Below are positions 50,544 to 64,000 of a stretch of 64,000 nucleotides of DNA, in pieces. Made by a program: the position numbers and the translations under genes. Source of the stretch: Botryllus schlosseri (taxonomy: Eukaryota). Within the stretch, counting starts at the first letter, position 1; every line of letters starts with the position of its first letter. The stretch is from positions 25,360,001 through 25,424,000 of the forward strand of contig CM119371.1 of NCBI GenBank assembly GCA_051294905.1, read 5' to 3'. The notes beneath the pieces are model-generated. The model searched no databases, was not told the DNA's origin, and saw only the letters and a program-made list of their open reading frames with translations.

Positions 50544-51288
50544 TCATGCCTCAAACTCGCAAGGATGTGCTCCCTGCTTTACAAACAAGTAATATTGTAT
50601 ATAAATTCCAATGCCACTGTGATAGTCGGTATGTGGGTCGCACATCTTTGTGGTTGGCTGAGCGAGTGAACCAACATGTGCCTAAATCGATTAGGTCAGT
50701 AAACAAACCTATCGATCGATCTGCACTTGTTCTTCGGTGTAAGGAAGCGGTTGACTCTACTTCCTATAACCATGCAGGTCTCAGCGTTCAACTCTGCAAT
50801 TGGTCAACATTTAATGAACTACCCGGTGTGTGCCAGTCATTACTATGACAGTATGTTAACTGTGATTACTAAATGCAGATCTGCCTTCCATCTGTCTGTC
50901 TTGGAGTCAACCATAATAAAATTGACCAATCCGGATTTATGTCGGCAGAAAGAGTTTCTATATATAATCTCAAAATTTCCCATTAGTATATACCGCTATT
51001 TGTCTGTGTGTTGTCTTCCGTGTATTATAGTATAATTTGATTTTCTCTCGTCTCTTGTTATGACTACCGGTACAACTGACTTTGCCTAGCGTTATTTTTT
51101 ATTATTTCATTATTACGTCATACTTTGCCTTTTTGGTGTTCGTTTGAATCTCTCTCTGTATGCTTATTATTGTGCCGTTAACTCTCGATAAGGGGGACAC
51201 GAAAAATCTTCGAGTTGATAAATTCTTTACTGCAATGGATGTAGTTGTGAAAGCAATACTCAAGTTTAGTACCGCCAACCATATTTTC
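50544..51288 (+). mobile_element. 5'-truncated Penelope-like retroelement (GIY-YIG endonuclease end plus 3' region)
   Basis: KDVLP..QTSNIVYKFQCHCDSRYVGRTS..L.ERV.QH and, after a frameshift, SAIGQHL..LSVLES..I..NPDLCRQKE. GAGTTGCGAGCT occurs on both sides. Confidence 0.85.
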
Positions 51289-54200
51289 GAGTTGCGAGCT
51301 ATACAACTAAGTTTTGTAAAGGCTCGAAATGAATAAAAAGCTGGTGTTCAGTTTGCAATTCGTTTTAGTTGTCTGGAATTCGTCATTGGTGTGTTGTTCT
51401 ACAACTTCCCCTTCCAGTCATTGTATCATTTGATATCTATTCTGCTACGAAACATGAAACAATGCAGTGAGCCATTTCCCAAATGCCACGAGACTGGTTG
51501 ATCCCGCCACGAGGTATATTATTACTGATAAAATGCAAGCGTTGCGACTTTGCTTCATAATCCATAGAAATGATTAAGGAAGGAGTGCTTGGTTTGCAAA
51601 CACTTTTTGAATAGTATACTGCTCTGCGCGATACTTGCATTGTTTTTCTGCCAAGCAAAATCCCTGCCCGCTTCAATATACATCCGTAACTAATCATTTC
51701 ATTTTAAAATTGATGGGACAGCGGCGGTTCGTCACATATAGGGCCTTTTAACTGAGGTGAGTTCACTCGAGAGGTTTTCCTAAAACAATTTGAGTTTACT
51801 CGGATTCCACGATGGACTTGTGACTCGGAGTCAAATGTTAAAGTCAATTTTCAGGTCATCAAATATTTGACCGTTCAGGGGTTAGCAGCAGAGATGGTGC
51901 ATTGCTTCTCATAATGATATATATTCCTGCAGTAGACTTCCAATTTTATATATCACTGGAATATTCTTGCAAATGTAGGTTTTATAACAAATTTCATATC
52001 TCCCGATCATGTGTCGCGTTTCACGCTAAATATACCGATGATGGATTCAATAAGTTTTCACAAACGCAACGGCCAGTGTAATTAATGTAAATTGTGGCAA
52101 CGTGTTTATTTCGCGTACTTTCATATCGATTAGTATTCCTCAGTACAAATCCATCTTACTAGATTGGGATTTTTCAACTAAATGTTAAGACGTTTGGTAT
52201 TTTAGGTATTGTTCCATGCAGCACACTGCGTGGTGAGATCCGGGAAAGTGACCCTATACAACTTTTGAGAGTGCACGCAGCAAGATCTTGATAGTTTTCT
52301 CATATAATTTAACCTATTTGTATAGTAGACACATATCCTGCTTCAAAGCTTTTTGGCCAAAGTCATAACCCAAATATCCTTGTATTTGAGAGCTACAAAA
52401 TGAAACTGTCAATTTTTTTCTTCACCGTAGCATAAAGAATGATATCATTTAGTGTAGTGACTCTCCAGCTCACATGCCCGTTATACAATATGCGCTGATT
52501 GTTTGGTTGGTTGGTTGGTTGGTTAGTTTGCAGTAGGATATAGGTGTGGTGCCGATGAATCAAAATTACAAAATGCTATCTGCTACATAAACCTTTGCTC
52601 AAACATATCATCGGTGTCCTCCCGGCGTGTCTGAAGGCACGCAACCTGCATACCAATGATACATACGCTCAAAACTGAATTATTCCAACTTTTTTGCTGT
52701 GTAGGCCTACTATACTCCAAGGCACAGCAAGCCAAAGGAGAATGTTTGGTCGCCACTTTCAAAAAATGCAATAAATATCAAATGCTGACAGAAAATTATG
52801 TTTCGATTTAGGCTCACACTTACACACATATGAGAGTATATTTATATTGCCGTAAACCAACACATGACTTCGAAATGGCTTGTAATAGCGCTAAAATTAC
52901 ACAGGTAAAAATGTCATTAGCCTCTGTTTTTATAGGCGTGTTTCTGTTATTTTGGTTGATTTGGTTACGGAGTATCATTGATCTCCACTCTATAAATTTG
53001 GAAATTGAATTGCAGTGCACTCACGGATGGTACTGAATAAAAAAATATCTGCCGTTATGTAGCACGTTACAAGCCCTACACTTCACATTTTAAATTATTG
53101 CTGTTTTGTTCTTGTTGGAGGTTACAAAGAAAAGTATACACGTCCATCGCATTTTTTTAGAAAATGTATTTCACAGACCCCTCGCTCGCGCAAATGGGAA
53201 GTAATTGCATATGAGGAAAGATTCTACCCGGTGCAATTATAACATCAACTTCACGGAGTATAATCATAGAACTTTATTTAACGAATATTTCACGTATTCC
53301 CGGTCCCAATGTCTCATCGGAACCACATTTCCCCTTCATCCATGCTATACCAGTGGCGCTAACGATGATAAAGGATGGAATACTTAAATGTTCCCTCTGC
53401 CTCAGTCGTAACCTAGAGTTTACGTTTGATTTCGGTTTATTAATATCAAATCGCGTTTCCGATTTCTCATGAGTCCGGGGATCTTTTGAGTCGGAACTGA
53501 AACAACAGTGCGACAATAGCTATTTGAATTATATTTTTGTTGTACTAATATATTCTTAATGTATACTGAACATGACTGTTCTACACTGGCGGTTTTGCGA
53601 CTCTGAATAACTACTTTACGGTCCATCTCCCATAAAACTCCGCCAACTCAATGTGCAATTTTCTCTTTCTCGAAATTGAATATCAATGTCATGGACTTGT
53701 TATGAGTGGTAACTAGAGTGACCACACAACGCCGCAGTCGGGTGGTTTTATCCCATGAATATGTTCGATATTTGCTGTCTTGAGGTACCATGCATTGGAA
53801 GTATATTTCATGCAAACGAATCTCAACATTTGTTTGAAATAAGCCGGATAAGATAAACATTTTTCAATATAGTCAGAATTTAATCGCTGTCCACCTCAAA
53901 TGTTTGACATCCCAGATATAAACACTCTATGGGCGAATCAATATAATTCCAAAAAGATAGGCGAAAGGTAAATAATGAATCATCTTCATAAATCGATTAT
54001 ACAAAATGCCACAACTGCCATTGATTGGTATTTTGTGCCTTTCGCGTTAAGTTACGTAGATCATATCATTGCCAATACGTAGCTCACTAGGTTGGAGAAA
54101 TGAAATAAACTATATCAGTAGCCGTAGGGGTAACATAATCGTTTAATTTTTATTCAAGCATGGTGATAAGCCTACCTAAACTGTTTGTGTGCCATGATTT

Positions 54201-54519
54201 GAACAGCATTCGGCCCGCGTAAAACTGGACGATAGCCTTATTCTAATCTAGGATATCATTGACAGTGGACATTGCGCGAATGGAGAATTACCTTGTAAAC
54301 GGGATGAGTTCTCGGAAAAATCTCGTGGCAATCACAAACATCATGGCTATATCTAAATGTTGCCAGATTCAAATAAAAGGTATATAACTTTTGCATCACA
54401 GAACTGAAACAAACATTGTCGAACGTCACAGGAACAACAAAGAATTAACCCAAAAGCCGGGTCCCCATAAGAGTAAACAAGTCTCATACAATGTACAATT
54501 GCACAACAGATATCGATCG

Positions 54520-55285
54520 GCGATTGGCGCTATTTTATATGATCGAACGAGGAAGCCGACAGGGGATTGTCGTTGAAGGTGATCTTATTAAATCAACGTG
54601 GCACGACCAAGCCATCGAGATTTTTATAGATGGTTCTGAGACGGCTACAGCGACGGGTTTCGCGATTTACATTCCATCACAGGCTGTCCGTTTTAGCCAG
54701 ATCTACGCGAGTTTATTTTCCGTTTTTCAAGTGGAGATGCTAGCTATCGTTAATGCTCTCTTTTGGATATAATCAATCATGGCAGTCGAACCGATAAATA
54801 TGTTATTCTGACAGATTGTCTTAGTGTTCTGAATACAATCGCTACACCGAACCGCATGCCGAGCAGAACGTTCAATAAGATTTTTCCTGTGTTCCTGCCG
54901 TTGGTAGGAATGGGCATCGACGTTGCCTTCTATTGGGTTCCAGGACATGGGGCCATTCCCAGCAATCAGGTTGCAGATGAACTTACCCGTTCTACGGCCA
55001 CTTTCGCATTTGACAGTCAGGAAGCACCTCAAATTACCTATAGAGATGTCAGGAACGAAGTACGCAAATACTTCCGGACTGTGTGGCAGACCGAGTACCG
55101 TTCCATAGAGACGGGAAACCACTACAACCGTTTCCACCAAACGGTACGAGCTACGTTTTCCTCAATGCACAGATCGTGTTTGTATGAAACGATAATATTA
55201 CGTCTCCCATCCGGACATTGCCGCCTAAAAGGGCATTTGCTTAAAATAGGATGCATCGACACGCCTTTGTGTGACACAATCAATA
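54520..55285 (+). pseudogene. Non-LTR retrotransposon (I/Nimb-like group) RNase H and C-terminal relic
   Basis: IFIDGS, SVFQVEMLAI..AL, ILTDCLS.L, WVPGH..IPSNQ.ADEL, LRL.SGHCRL..HL.KIG....PLC; internal stop. Confidence 0.88.
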
Positions 55286-55728
55286 ACGAAAACACATATA
55301 CTGTAGTGAGCAACGAGTACAATCGATACCCCAGTAGTAAATAACAAAACAACCAAGTATTGAACAAGCAGTCTTCTAGTAACTGATTCAGATCATATTT
55401 ACGAGCTCTGAATAAGCACCAACTTAGGAATGCTCCTCTCAAGCTCAGAATTTTTTGTTTTGATACGAACTGACCCTACCAGTAGGGATGGTGTGAACGT
55501 GAGGTACACGTTTGTGTTCTGTGTGTGAACCTCATATATTTAGAGGTTCATGTTCACAAACGAATCATGGTAGGTTCTGCACAATGAACCTTTTCATATA
55601 TTACAATTTTCCGCGTCATTATAAAATCTCTTGTTTAAATTCTTTGCATTTCAACTTAGGTCATTATATGCATGGCTATGGCGGCATAGAAAATCAACAG
55701 TAACTCTGCCGTCAGCTTGACCCGCAAT

Positions 55729-57303
55729 CAGGACCGTAACTGCCGCACCTCAAACCCCCCAATTGGGGGGGCCCGAGCTCAAAGGGGACCCAAAAGTATT
55801 TCGTGAGTTAGCATAAATTATAGAGTTTTTTTTTTAATTTATGCAATTTTTTCAAACTTTTTTCGCGCTACGCGCGATTTCAAGTTGCCAGATACATTGA
55901 TTTTTTGGTACTCTTGACCAACGAAAAAATAGGCAAGATTTATAGAAATGGGCATATTAGCGTTCGCCATTGTCGCGCCACGATGCACCAAGAAATATAA
56001 AGTTCTAGGCCATGTAACATGCGACTCCAAGAAGTGTGCTAGAACGATCGGCAGCGAGAAAACCTTATCCGAAAAGGACTGCCCTTATGCTGACCGAAAA
56101 CTTCGTTATATATACAAAATACATATAGGTTTAATTGTCCATAGGCACCTAAATGACTGGCGCCGAATGTTCCTGTCTTGGCAATCGGAACCTCCCAAGA
56201 CAAATACCATCCCGCAGGGATATATTATATGCCAGTTGTAGAGCCCCTGGCTCTCTCATATCTATATATCACGTGATTTATGTCTTTCTTCTCGTACTAC
56301 GTGACTGACCAAGTGACCATGACCATTTATCAGCCCACGTATTTCAATTACAAAGTAGACTCGTCTGCGATATCCTACTGTTTATTCCATGCATATTCGA
56401 CCAATATATCTATCTGAGGCAATCCTGTCGTTGCATTCACGTTGAAGTTGTCAGATCAAGGACTTAACGCAGGAACGTGCGTCTTACTACCCACGAGCTA
56501 AGTATATCTACCCAGCCACACATTACGTGGAACTCAGGTTACAACTCTAGCAGGTTATCAGACGACACACCTCCCATACAGTGAAGAAATACCAATTTGA
56601 AATCGTGTGCGTCTTTTAGTTTAGTAGCCAACGTTTGGGCGATTCTATATTTTTTTAATATAGCAGACAGGTCACAAAATAACATCATGTTACGGAGTCA
56701 TACCAACGGGCCCTACAATTTCCAAGACACGTCACTCAGCCACCAGAGAGGACAAGAAATTGAGAGCAATATATATTCAATTCCCGATCTTATTCACCGA
56801 TTTTATCATGAATCATCGAAAATTTTCGCGCCTGGCGCTGGCTCACTAAACAGTACAACAAATTTCGTGGCAAAAGCGAACCACGTGATTGGGGGTAGAT
56901 TTGTCACCCTATGGGAGCCCAAGACCCACATTTTTGAGGGGCCTGACGAAGTGCTGTTTTTGTTCCTGCGATTGGATATACGCCCGAGCATGTTTAATTA
57001 TTATTGTGGGGTTCTTCCTTTTCAAACACACCTCACTCAGCTCTACCTGTAAATCTGATTACGTGAGCTGAGAGAGGATAAAAATAGACAGCAATATGTA
57101 TGCAATTCCCGATCATATTGACCGATTAAATCATGAATTATAGAAATTTTTCGCGCTTGGCGCGTTCAGGCGAGAAAAGCTGACTCAGTAAACGTCCCCC
57201 AATGTAAATGATGAATAGCGGTAAACAGCGTACGTCATATAGGGGCCCAATACCAACGTTTTTTTTGGGGGGGGGGGGCTGACGAAGTGCTGTTACGGCC
57301 CTG
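55729..57303. mobile_element. hAT MITE (CAGGACCGTAAC family)
   Basis: TIRs CAGG(A/G)CCGTAAC, perfect TSD CCCGCAAT, internal partial duplication near the right end. Confidence 0.9.
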
Positions 57304-57500
57304 CCCGCAATCACACAACATCAAGAGCGAAATACGCCACAGGTCGTCAGCGAATGGTGCTTATTCAACCAATCCATAAAATTCAAATAAAGAAGACATC
57401 GTTGTCTACTCTAAAAAATCTACCAGACGTATGGGGTCCATCTTCATTTGATATGTTTGTTGTATCATAAAAACGAAATCCATGTGATCAGGGTAATGGC

Positions 57501-58471
57501 TAGGGATGGCGTGAACGTCAGGTTCACGTTAGCGTTCTATGCGTGAACCTCAGAAATTCAGAGTATCACGTTCATAAACGAACCTTGGTAGGTTCTGTAC
57601 TGTGAACCTTTTTCATATATGACAATTTTTCACGTCATTGTATCATCTTTCGTTGAAATTATTTGCATTTCAACTTCGGACCACTCTATGCGTGGCGCTG
57701 GCAGCAATAGGAAATCAACACTAGACGAGCATATACCATGACAATCTCAAAAATTTTACTTGCTTTGTTACACGACTTTGCTCAAAATATCCAGATTTCC
57801 GTATGTGAATATTTCGTGACTCTCAGCTGTGAGCTTGAACCGCAATGACACAACACCAAGAGCGAAATACACTACAGGTAGTCAGCGATTGATTCAACCA
57901 ATCAATGGAATTGATATCGTTGTCTGATCTTTAAAAAATCTAGCAGGTGTACGGGGTTAATCTTGATTTCACATGTTTATAATATCATGAAAAAATATCC
58001 ACGCGATTGGGATGTTGTGGGGTGTCACCTACTGCGGTATAACCTGGTAATGGGGTAATATCGGTTGCAAGTATAAAGACCCGTCTTACACTCTGCTCAA
58101 CATCAACGTCACAATACTCAGACGCCGAATAATACATTGTCCGGTCTGGCCTGGACCGTTAAGGCGTAAGCTTAATTCCCTTGCAAGTCGTCATCGAAAT
58201 TGTTGGCAAAGCGACGGAGGATATTGATTTTATGGGATTATTATTTCATTCGATTGCCCCAGTTGATACATTTAGCGACGTTTAAAACGTCAATATGTAC
58301 TTCAGCCTTGTGGCCCGAGTGGTCGCTAGGTATCGTGTACATTAATATAGGCTATCACTTCACCGAAATGGAGGGTTGGAATTGAGGTTCACGTTCGTAT
58401 TCACACAGAACCTTTCAAAAACGTTCGCGTTCACACGAAACTGAACCTTTCAGAGGTTCACACCATCCCTA
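57501..58471. mobile_element. TAGGGATGG-GTGAAC MITE copy 4, nested in copy 3
   Basis: Family TIRs, perfect TSD GTAATGGC. Confidence 0.92.
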
Positions 58472-58509
58472 GTAATGGCTACTCCTGTATAACTTGTATC
58501 GTTAGCAAG

Positions 58510-60320
58510 CAGAGCTATGGAGTCGGAGTCTGGCTTATTTTCGCTTGATGGAGTCGGAGTCGGAGTCGTGAAAACTATAATAGCTGGAGTCGGAATCGGA
58601 GTCGGAGTCGTGGGAAAAATACTGACTGGAGTCGGAGTCGGAGTTTGTGAAAATGACCCTGACTTCGACTCCGATTCCGACTCCAACTTCTCTATCACGA
58701 AAACAATTTCTTGTGGCCCGCGAGAAGGTTTTGTGTGGTCTGCTAGCTAATTCTCGAAATTATTCATAACATCAGGCCAACCGAAATTTGATGATGACTA
58801 AAACAACAGTTATGACACATTGACGTATCCAGAGGCCAGTCAAATTTATCGCAGATCTTCGCATATGACCATAATGTAGAATATTTCATAGCAGATTTAT
58901 TTGACTTGCAATTTTTATCTCGCATAATTTATTGTCACTAGATTTCTTGCATTTAGTATTGGAGCCCCCTTCTGAAAATTATAAATACATGTTATTTACA
59001 GAATTGAGTCTAACTATATTCGCAATTAGGAGATAACGTGTCGTCCAACATGCCGCTTCGCTTGTGCACTCGCAGCGAGGTCATCGACGACGAAACATTT
59101 GCACAAAATGATAGAGGCATATGTTCACCGAAACCGTCGATATTGCTATGTCCAAACGTCGAATAAGCCTGTCCTTGTCAAATGAGCCCAGTGGTATACA
59201 GATGCGATCACCAATATATGTTAGCAACATATTTATTAATAGAATTCAGTCATTACCTTGGAACAAATTTCGCGCTTCGCGCAACCTGGGCATACCTGCA
59301 CACTGCACAGTTGCATGGCATAATTGTTATCAATTTTAGAGCGTAGTAATATAAGTATTGTTTGCAATGTTACCTAATTCGATTCGCTCCTATCGGATGA
59401 CTAAAAAAGAATATCAACATTCCAGTTGGCCGCGCAATGGTTCGTATATCTCATGTTTCCCTTTGGCCGAAAAAGTTGCCCACCCCTGATATCGATAAAA
59501 TTAGACATTACTTGCAAATTACAACTCAGTTGCGTAGAGAATGAAAATCGCAATATGCATTTTCTCGATACAGTCAAAATTGATGCAATTTTTGGAATGA
59601 TACCATGATACTGTGACAGAGCAAATGCATCGGCTGGCTTTGTAAAATTGTAAAAATGACGTAAATATAACCAAACGATGGATCCCACTTGACAAAATTA
59701 AAACTATTTGTAGTGTAGCTTAGCTGTTTGGGTCGAAAAAATGATTAAGAAAGACTGCAAGTCCCAATCCTTGAATTCTTGACAAGTGGACTAGACATAA
59801 TCTAGTATTTGACTACTTACTAAATTCCATTTATGACCAATGTCTATTAGTAGTAAGAGTGTGTGTGCTTGTAATCAGTATAGTGTATAATGACAAAATT
59901 AGTAAGTTCAATCTCTGTAATATTTGCTGACTCAACAACAAGACTTACACTTGGATTTTTTATCTACATTTTTATTATACAGGATTTGATATATGTCTCA
60001 TTTGAATGATTCATACATATTAGGATAGTAGAGAGTCCATGTTATAAAAACAAATTTTGCATGCCACCGTTAATCATATGTTTGCATATGTTTATTGATT
60101 GTATGATAGTCATTCCACCGACAGTGTGGCATATCATTTTTGAAGTAAATTAATAATACTGTTGTAGTCGGAGTCGGTACTTTTAAAGACTCGGGAGTCG
60201 GAGTCCGAGCCGGAGTCTGAGTCGGTACGTTTAAAGACTCAGGAGTCGGAGTCGGTATATTGACAATGTGTGGAGTCGGAGCCGGAGTCGGTGGTAAAAT
60301 TTATCGACTCCACAGCCCTG
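58510..60320. mobile_element. hAT element with GGAGTC subterminal arrays
   Basis: TIRs CAG(A/G)GCT(A/G)TGGAGTCG, TSD TTAGCAAG/GTAGCAAG; contains a truncated Charlie-like MITE ending at 59488. Confidence 0.85.
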
Positions 60321-60779
60321 GTAGCAAGTATAGAAACCCGTTTTACACTCTACTCAATATCAATATAGCAATACTCAGAAACCGAATACATTGTTCGGTC
60401 TGGCATACTAACGGTAGAAGACTTAAGCTTATATTCCTTGCAAGTCCTCGTCGAAATTGTTTGCAAGCAACGGTAGATATTGATTTTACGGGATTATTAT
60501 ATCATTTGATTGCTCCTGATACATTTGGCGACGGTTAAAGAGTAAGTAGCCTATGTACTTCGCCACTGTGGCACAATGTGGCCCGAGTTGTCGCTAGCCT
60601 ATCGTGTACATTAATATATCAATTCCCTGTAATGTAGGGTTGGAATACGCAATATGACGCCACGTGACGTCAAGCGGTTCACGTTCGCGTTCACACAGAA
60701 CCTTTTTTAAAAAGTTTCGCGTTCACACGAACCTGAACCTTTAAGAAGTTAACACCATCCCTACTTACCAAGTGCTGGA

Positions 60780-62780
60780 ACATCGCTCACTACAGTTGCA
60801 AAACATGTATTCTTAGTTTTGATTTCTAAATCATGGCTTAAAATGTCAGACAAGAAATCGGGTTGTACCGGCCATAAATATTGTGGTTGCCATAGAAAAG
60901 TTGGGCCATTTTTCGACAATGAAAAATGAAGGAATTTCTCAACACTGAGACATCTTCACGCCACATCTGCGGGGTTCAATTTAGATGGAACATACTTCCA
61001 TTGACCGATGTCTGAAACTTCCGTTTTTTTCGACACCCTGTTTGCTACGAAAGTTTGAAATGATTTATCCGTATTGGACAGATATCGGAATACAGTGGTA
61101 CTATCAGTCCAAAAGGTTGAGATATCTGTTTTCATTTTGAATTCCTGTCTCAATTATTTTTCGCTTTCTATACATACTGTAGCGGCACACAGTTACAAAC
61201 TATGAATGTAAATGACTTTCGATGACACTACACTTGTTTTGTCAATCAAGATAGCACAGTGTATATCACGTTTAGCATTTTCCAATCGCACATAAGAAAT
61301 TGCACCATAGGCCTTTTCTGATGCATCAGAAAAATGATGCACTTGACAGTTGGTCACCGTCTCAAACCCAGGAGGCTTAAGGCAACGAGAAACATTGAAT
61401 TCACTCAGTTTTGGTAGATCAATTAGCCATTTGACCAGACCGTTTCTATACTTCAGGTGGGACCGATTCATCTCAGCCATATTTATCGCGACACAGTTGT
61501 TGCAGAGTAACTTTGTCAGGTTGGAGCGCTGGTACTCCCAAGCCTTGGGGATCATGCAAGGAATGAGCAACTGAGATCATCCCCCGAAGTGTTGCCGGTT
61601 TGGATTTCACCTTGATCCGGAAACATAAGGTGTCTAGCTCAGTGTTCCAGATTAAACCCACAGCACTTTCCACAGGTAGCGTATCAGTGCTGAAATTCAA
61701 AATGCGTATCCCTTTAGCTCTATCCCTCTCGGGGATAGCTTCTAATACAGCACGACTATTACTTGCCCATTTGGTTATTTCGAATCCACCCTTGCCAACC
61801 ATCAGTTCGATATTGTTGACATGAATGATTGCAACATGATCGAACTCTGAAGCATTGTCAATTGCTGCTTTTCGAAGAGCGAAATTTTCACAGCTAGGCG
61901 GACAAACAGCACCAAACAAGAATGCTGTCATGCGATATTCCGTTAATGGTGTGTTAATATTACCATCTTGTCACAACAAAAAACGCAGCATGTTACGGTC
62001 ACACTTTTACTTGTAGAAACATGGATTTGATGTCAGCTTGCAACCCAGTTCTTAACACCACGACCAGATGATTAGTTAAATCAGGACATTGCAGGGGAAC
62101 TTCATTCAAGCTTACATCTTTGAATTTAGTGGAACAATCAAAAACCACCCGCAAAGACTTCTCTCAGGATGTTTAACACCATGATGAGACAAATACCAGA
62201 TGATATTATCATTATTCAAATGGGAATAAGTTACAGGCTCGGCAAAGCCTTGATCAAACATATTTTGCATGAAGACTTTGTAGCCATCAAAAAATTTCTC
62301 ATCCCGACAGAACCTGCGTTTGAGAGACATCGCCCTGTTTTCAGCCTGAGCCCTATTATAAAGCATTCGGTTTCCACATTTTCATTGGCAATTTCATTTC
62401 ATAATGACCTTCCATGGTCAGAACGTCAGATTTATTCACCTGGTTCATGAACCTCTGTTGGTTTACCGGTAAAAAGTTATGTTTAGTTTCTACTGAATCA
62501 ATTACATCTGAACACATTTCACTGACACTGTCTGTGCTGACCTTTGTAAAGTTGCAACTGACGGGCAACTTTCAATTGTCCTTCATTTCACTTCTCTCAC
62601 ACGCCACCGCCCAACAAATCAATGTGCGAACGGCGTACAAATCTGCTGGCCCCTCAACCACTTCTCTTGGGCGATGAACACTTCTATTACACTGGCCAAC
62701 AAAAATACTTTGTTTTAAGTGTCGAAGATATTTTAATGGTTTCCAAGTATGTTTGGTCTGCTGATTCCGAAAATGACACC
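60780..62780 (-). pseudogene. BEL/Pao LTR retrotransposon pol relic
   Basis: WYLSHHGV, FLFGA, GGFEITKWASN, HHFSDASEKAYGA..YVR, FWTDSTTV, FVANRV and WKYVPSKLNPAD across frameshifted ORFs. Confidence 0.9.
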
Positions 62781-62879
62781 CGTTTCTCTGAATCGACTCT
62801 ACTTTTTGAGATATCGTCATTTTTTTTTATTTATTGTTCATTTTAATTAATCGTCGTAAGTTGAATACTTGGAATTACG

Positions 62880-63645
62880 ATTTGTGCCTCATTCTGAGGA
62901 AGTACCAGACTACAAGACAAAAACTAACCTGGAACTGGAGCTTCAATAACATTTTACCGTACAAGAGAGAATGAATTACTTCCGTATTTTAGCCAACAAG
63001 ATGAATTTTTTAATGCAAAGAAATCGAAGGGATTTTGATAAAAATGAAAGTTCCACAATATAGACCTCAATAGTGGCGATTATTCATAGACAGTTCGAAA
63101 TGGAGTTTGAAATGTGTATTGGTACGTAATTGTAACAGATATGCATCTCACCAATCTGTTTTATCTGTGTAGACTTGAAAATGGTTGATTTGTTGCTCGG
63201 CCAGCACAGCGTTATACAAATAGGCTACCCATGTTTTATCTGCTTCTGGGATACCCTAGCGCGCACTAATCACTGGATGACGAAAGGGTGACCACCTAGA
63301 GATTCCATCACAATAAGTGAAGCTAACATCATAAATGGACCTTTAGTTGCTCCCGTGAAGATCATCATCCCACCGCTGCACATAAAACTTGGCTTGGCGA
63401 ATCAATTTGTGAAAGCCTTGCCTGTAACTGGAGATTGCTTCAACTATACTTGCAAAACATTTCCTGCTATGACCATCGAAAGGCAAGCACTTTTGATGGC
63501 CCTCAGATCCGCAAACTCATAAAAGCTGTGCATTTTGTGCAGTTCATGACTTACATATACATGCTGCTTGGCAATCGTTTGTATTAGTCACACGGAACTT
63601 TCTTGGTAACCGACAAGCTGAAAATAACCAGGAATTGGTCGAAGA
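62880..63645 (+). pseudogene. Chapaev3-type transposase relic
   Basis: ICVDLKMVDLLLGQH, YPCFICFWD, KIIIPPLHIKLGL.NQFVKAL...GDCFNY and FDGPQIRKL motifs with frameshifts and stops. Confidence 0.8.
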
Positions 63646-64000
63646 TACACTCTTAGAAATATTCGTAGATTTACCCAAATTATACCGGTAAATTTGTCCC
63701 GTCAGTTATACTAATGGTAAATGACCGTTAAATTAATATACGGGCACGTCTAAAGTAAATTTACTTGTTTTTAAAGGTTTAAAAAATTACAGATTAAGTT
63801 CGTAGAAGCAATTTACGGGATAACCAGTATTTAAGATTTACCTTTTGATTTGTAAAAGCAATATACTGTATAATCAGTATTCCGGATTTACTTTTGCATT
63901 CGTAAAAGCGATTTACTGGATAATCATCATTTGCAACATTGCTATCGCACTTACAATTCGATCATTTTACACGCTTATGGTCTTATTATGGACATTTGTA

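Larger units (their letters stand above)
55483..60763. mobile_element. TAGGGATGG-GTGAAC hAT MITE (copy 3, reversed) expanded to 5.3 kb by nested insertions
   Basis: Family TIRs, TSD CCTACCAG/CTTACCAA; the body can be reassembled after removing the inserts. Confidence 0.85.

Noticed and set aside
56597..57052. 151-aa ORF
   Set aside because: Lies inside a non-autonomous MITE across an internal duplication; no recognisable motifs.
58450..58750. TPTPTP / GVGVGV mucin-like ORFs
   Set aside because: Translation of GGAGTC subterminal repeats of a hAT element.

Overview
This is AT-rich eukaryotic (animal) genomic DNA. Tunicate or other marine invertebrate origin is my inference and cannot be proved from the window. 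The left 37.6 kb carry the 5' part of one intron-rich host gene on the minus strand, which the ORF track almost entirely misses. It has 12 phase-compatible exons (37632 down to 975; the gene presumably continues past the left edge). They encode a signal peptide, five complete repeats of about 75 aa and the first half of a sixth. Each repeat is an LDL-receptor class A-like half (5 Cys, then DGSDE) extended by a conserved 3-Cys tail (LC..LC[IV]LP..LC). Introns and upstream DNA are dense with nested transposons. These include many non-autonomous hAT elements with 7-8 bp TSDs and a 6 kb Kolobok element (TTAA TSD, 10-exon THAP-DDE transposase with three lesions). There are also an ISL2EU-like THAP/YqaJ relic, Chapaev3, Penelope, RNase H LINE and BEL/Pao relics, a tRNA-derived SINE family and a short 18S rDNA fragment. 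All splice models and family assignments were made by eye, with no database search.
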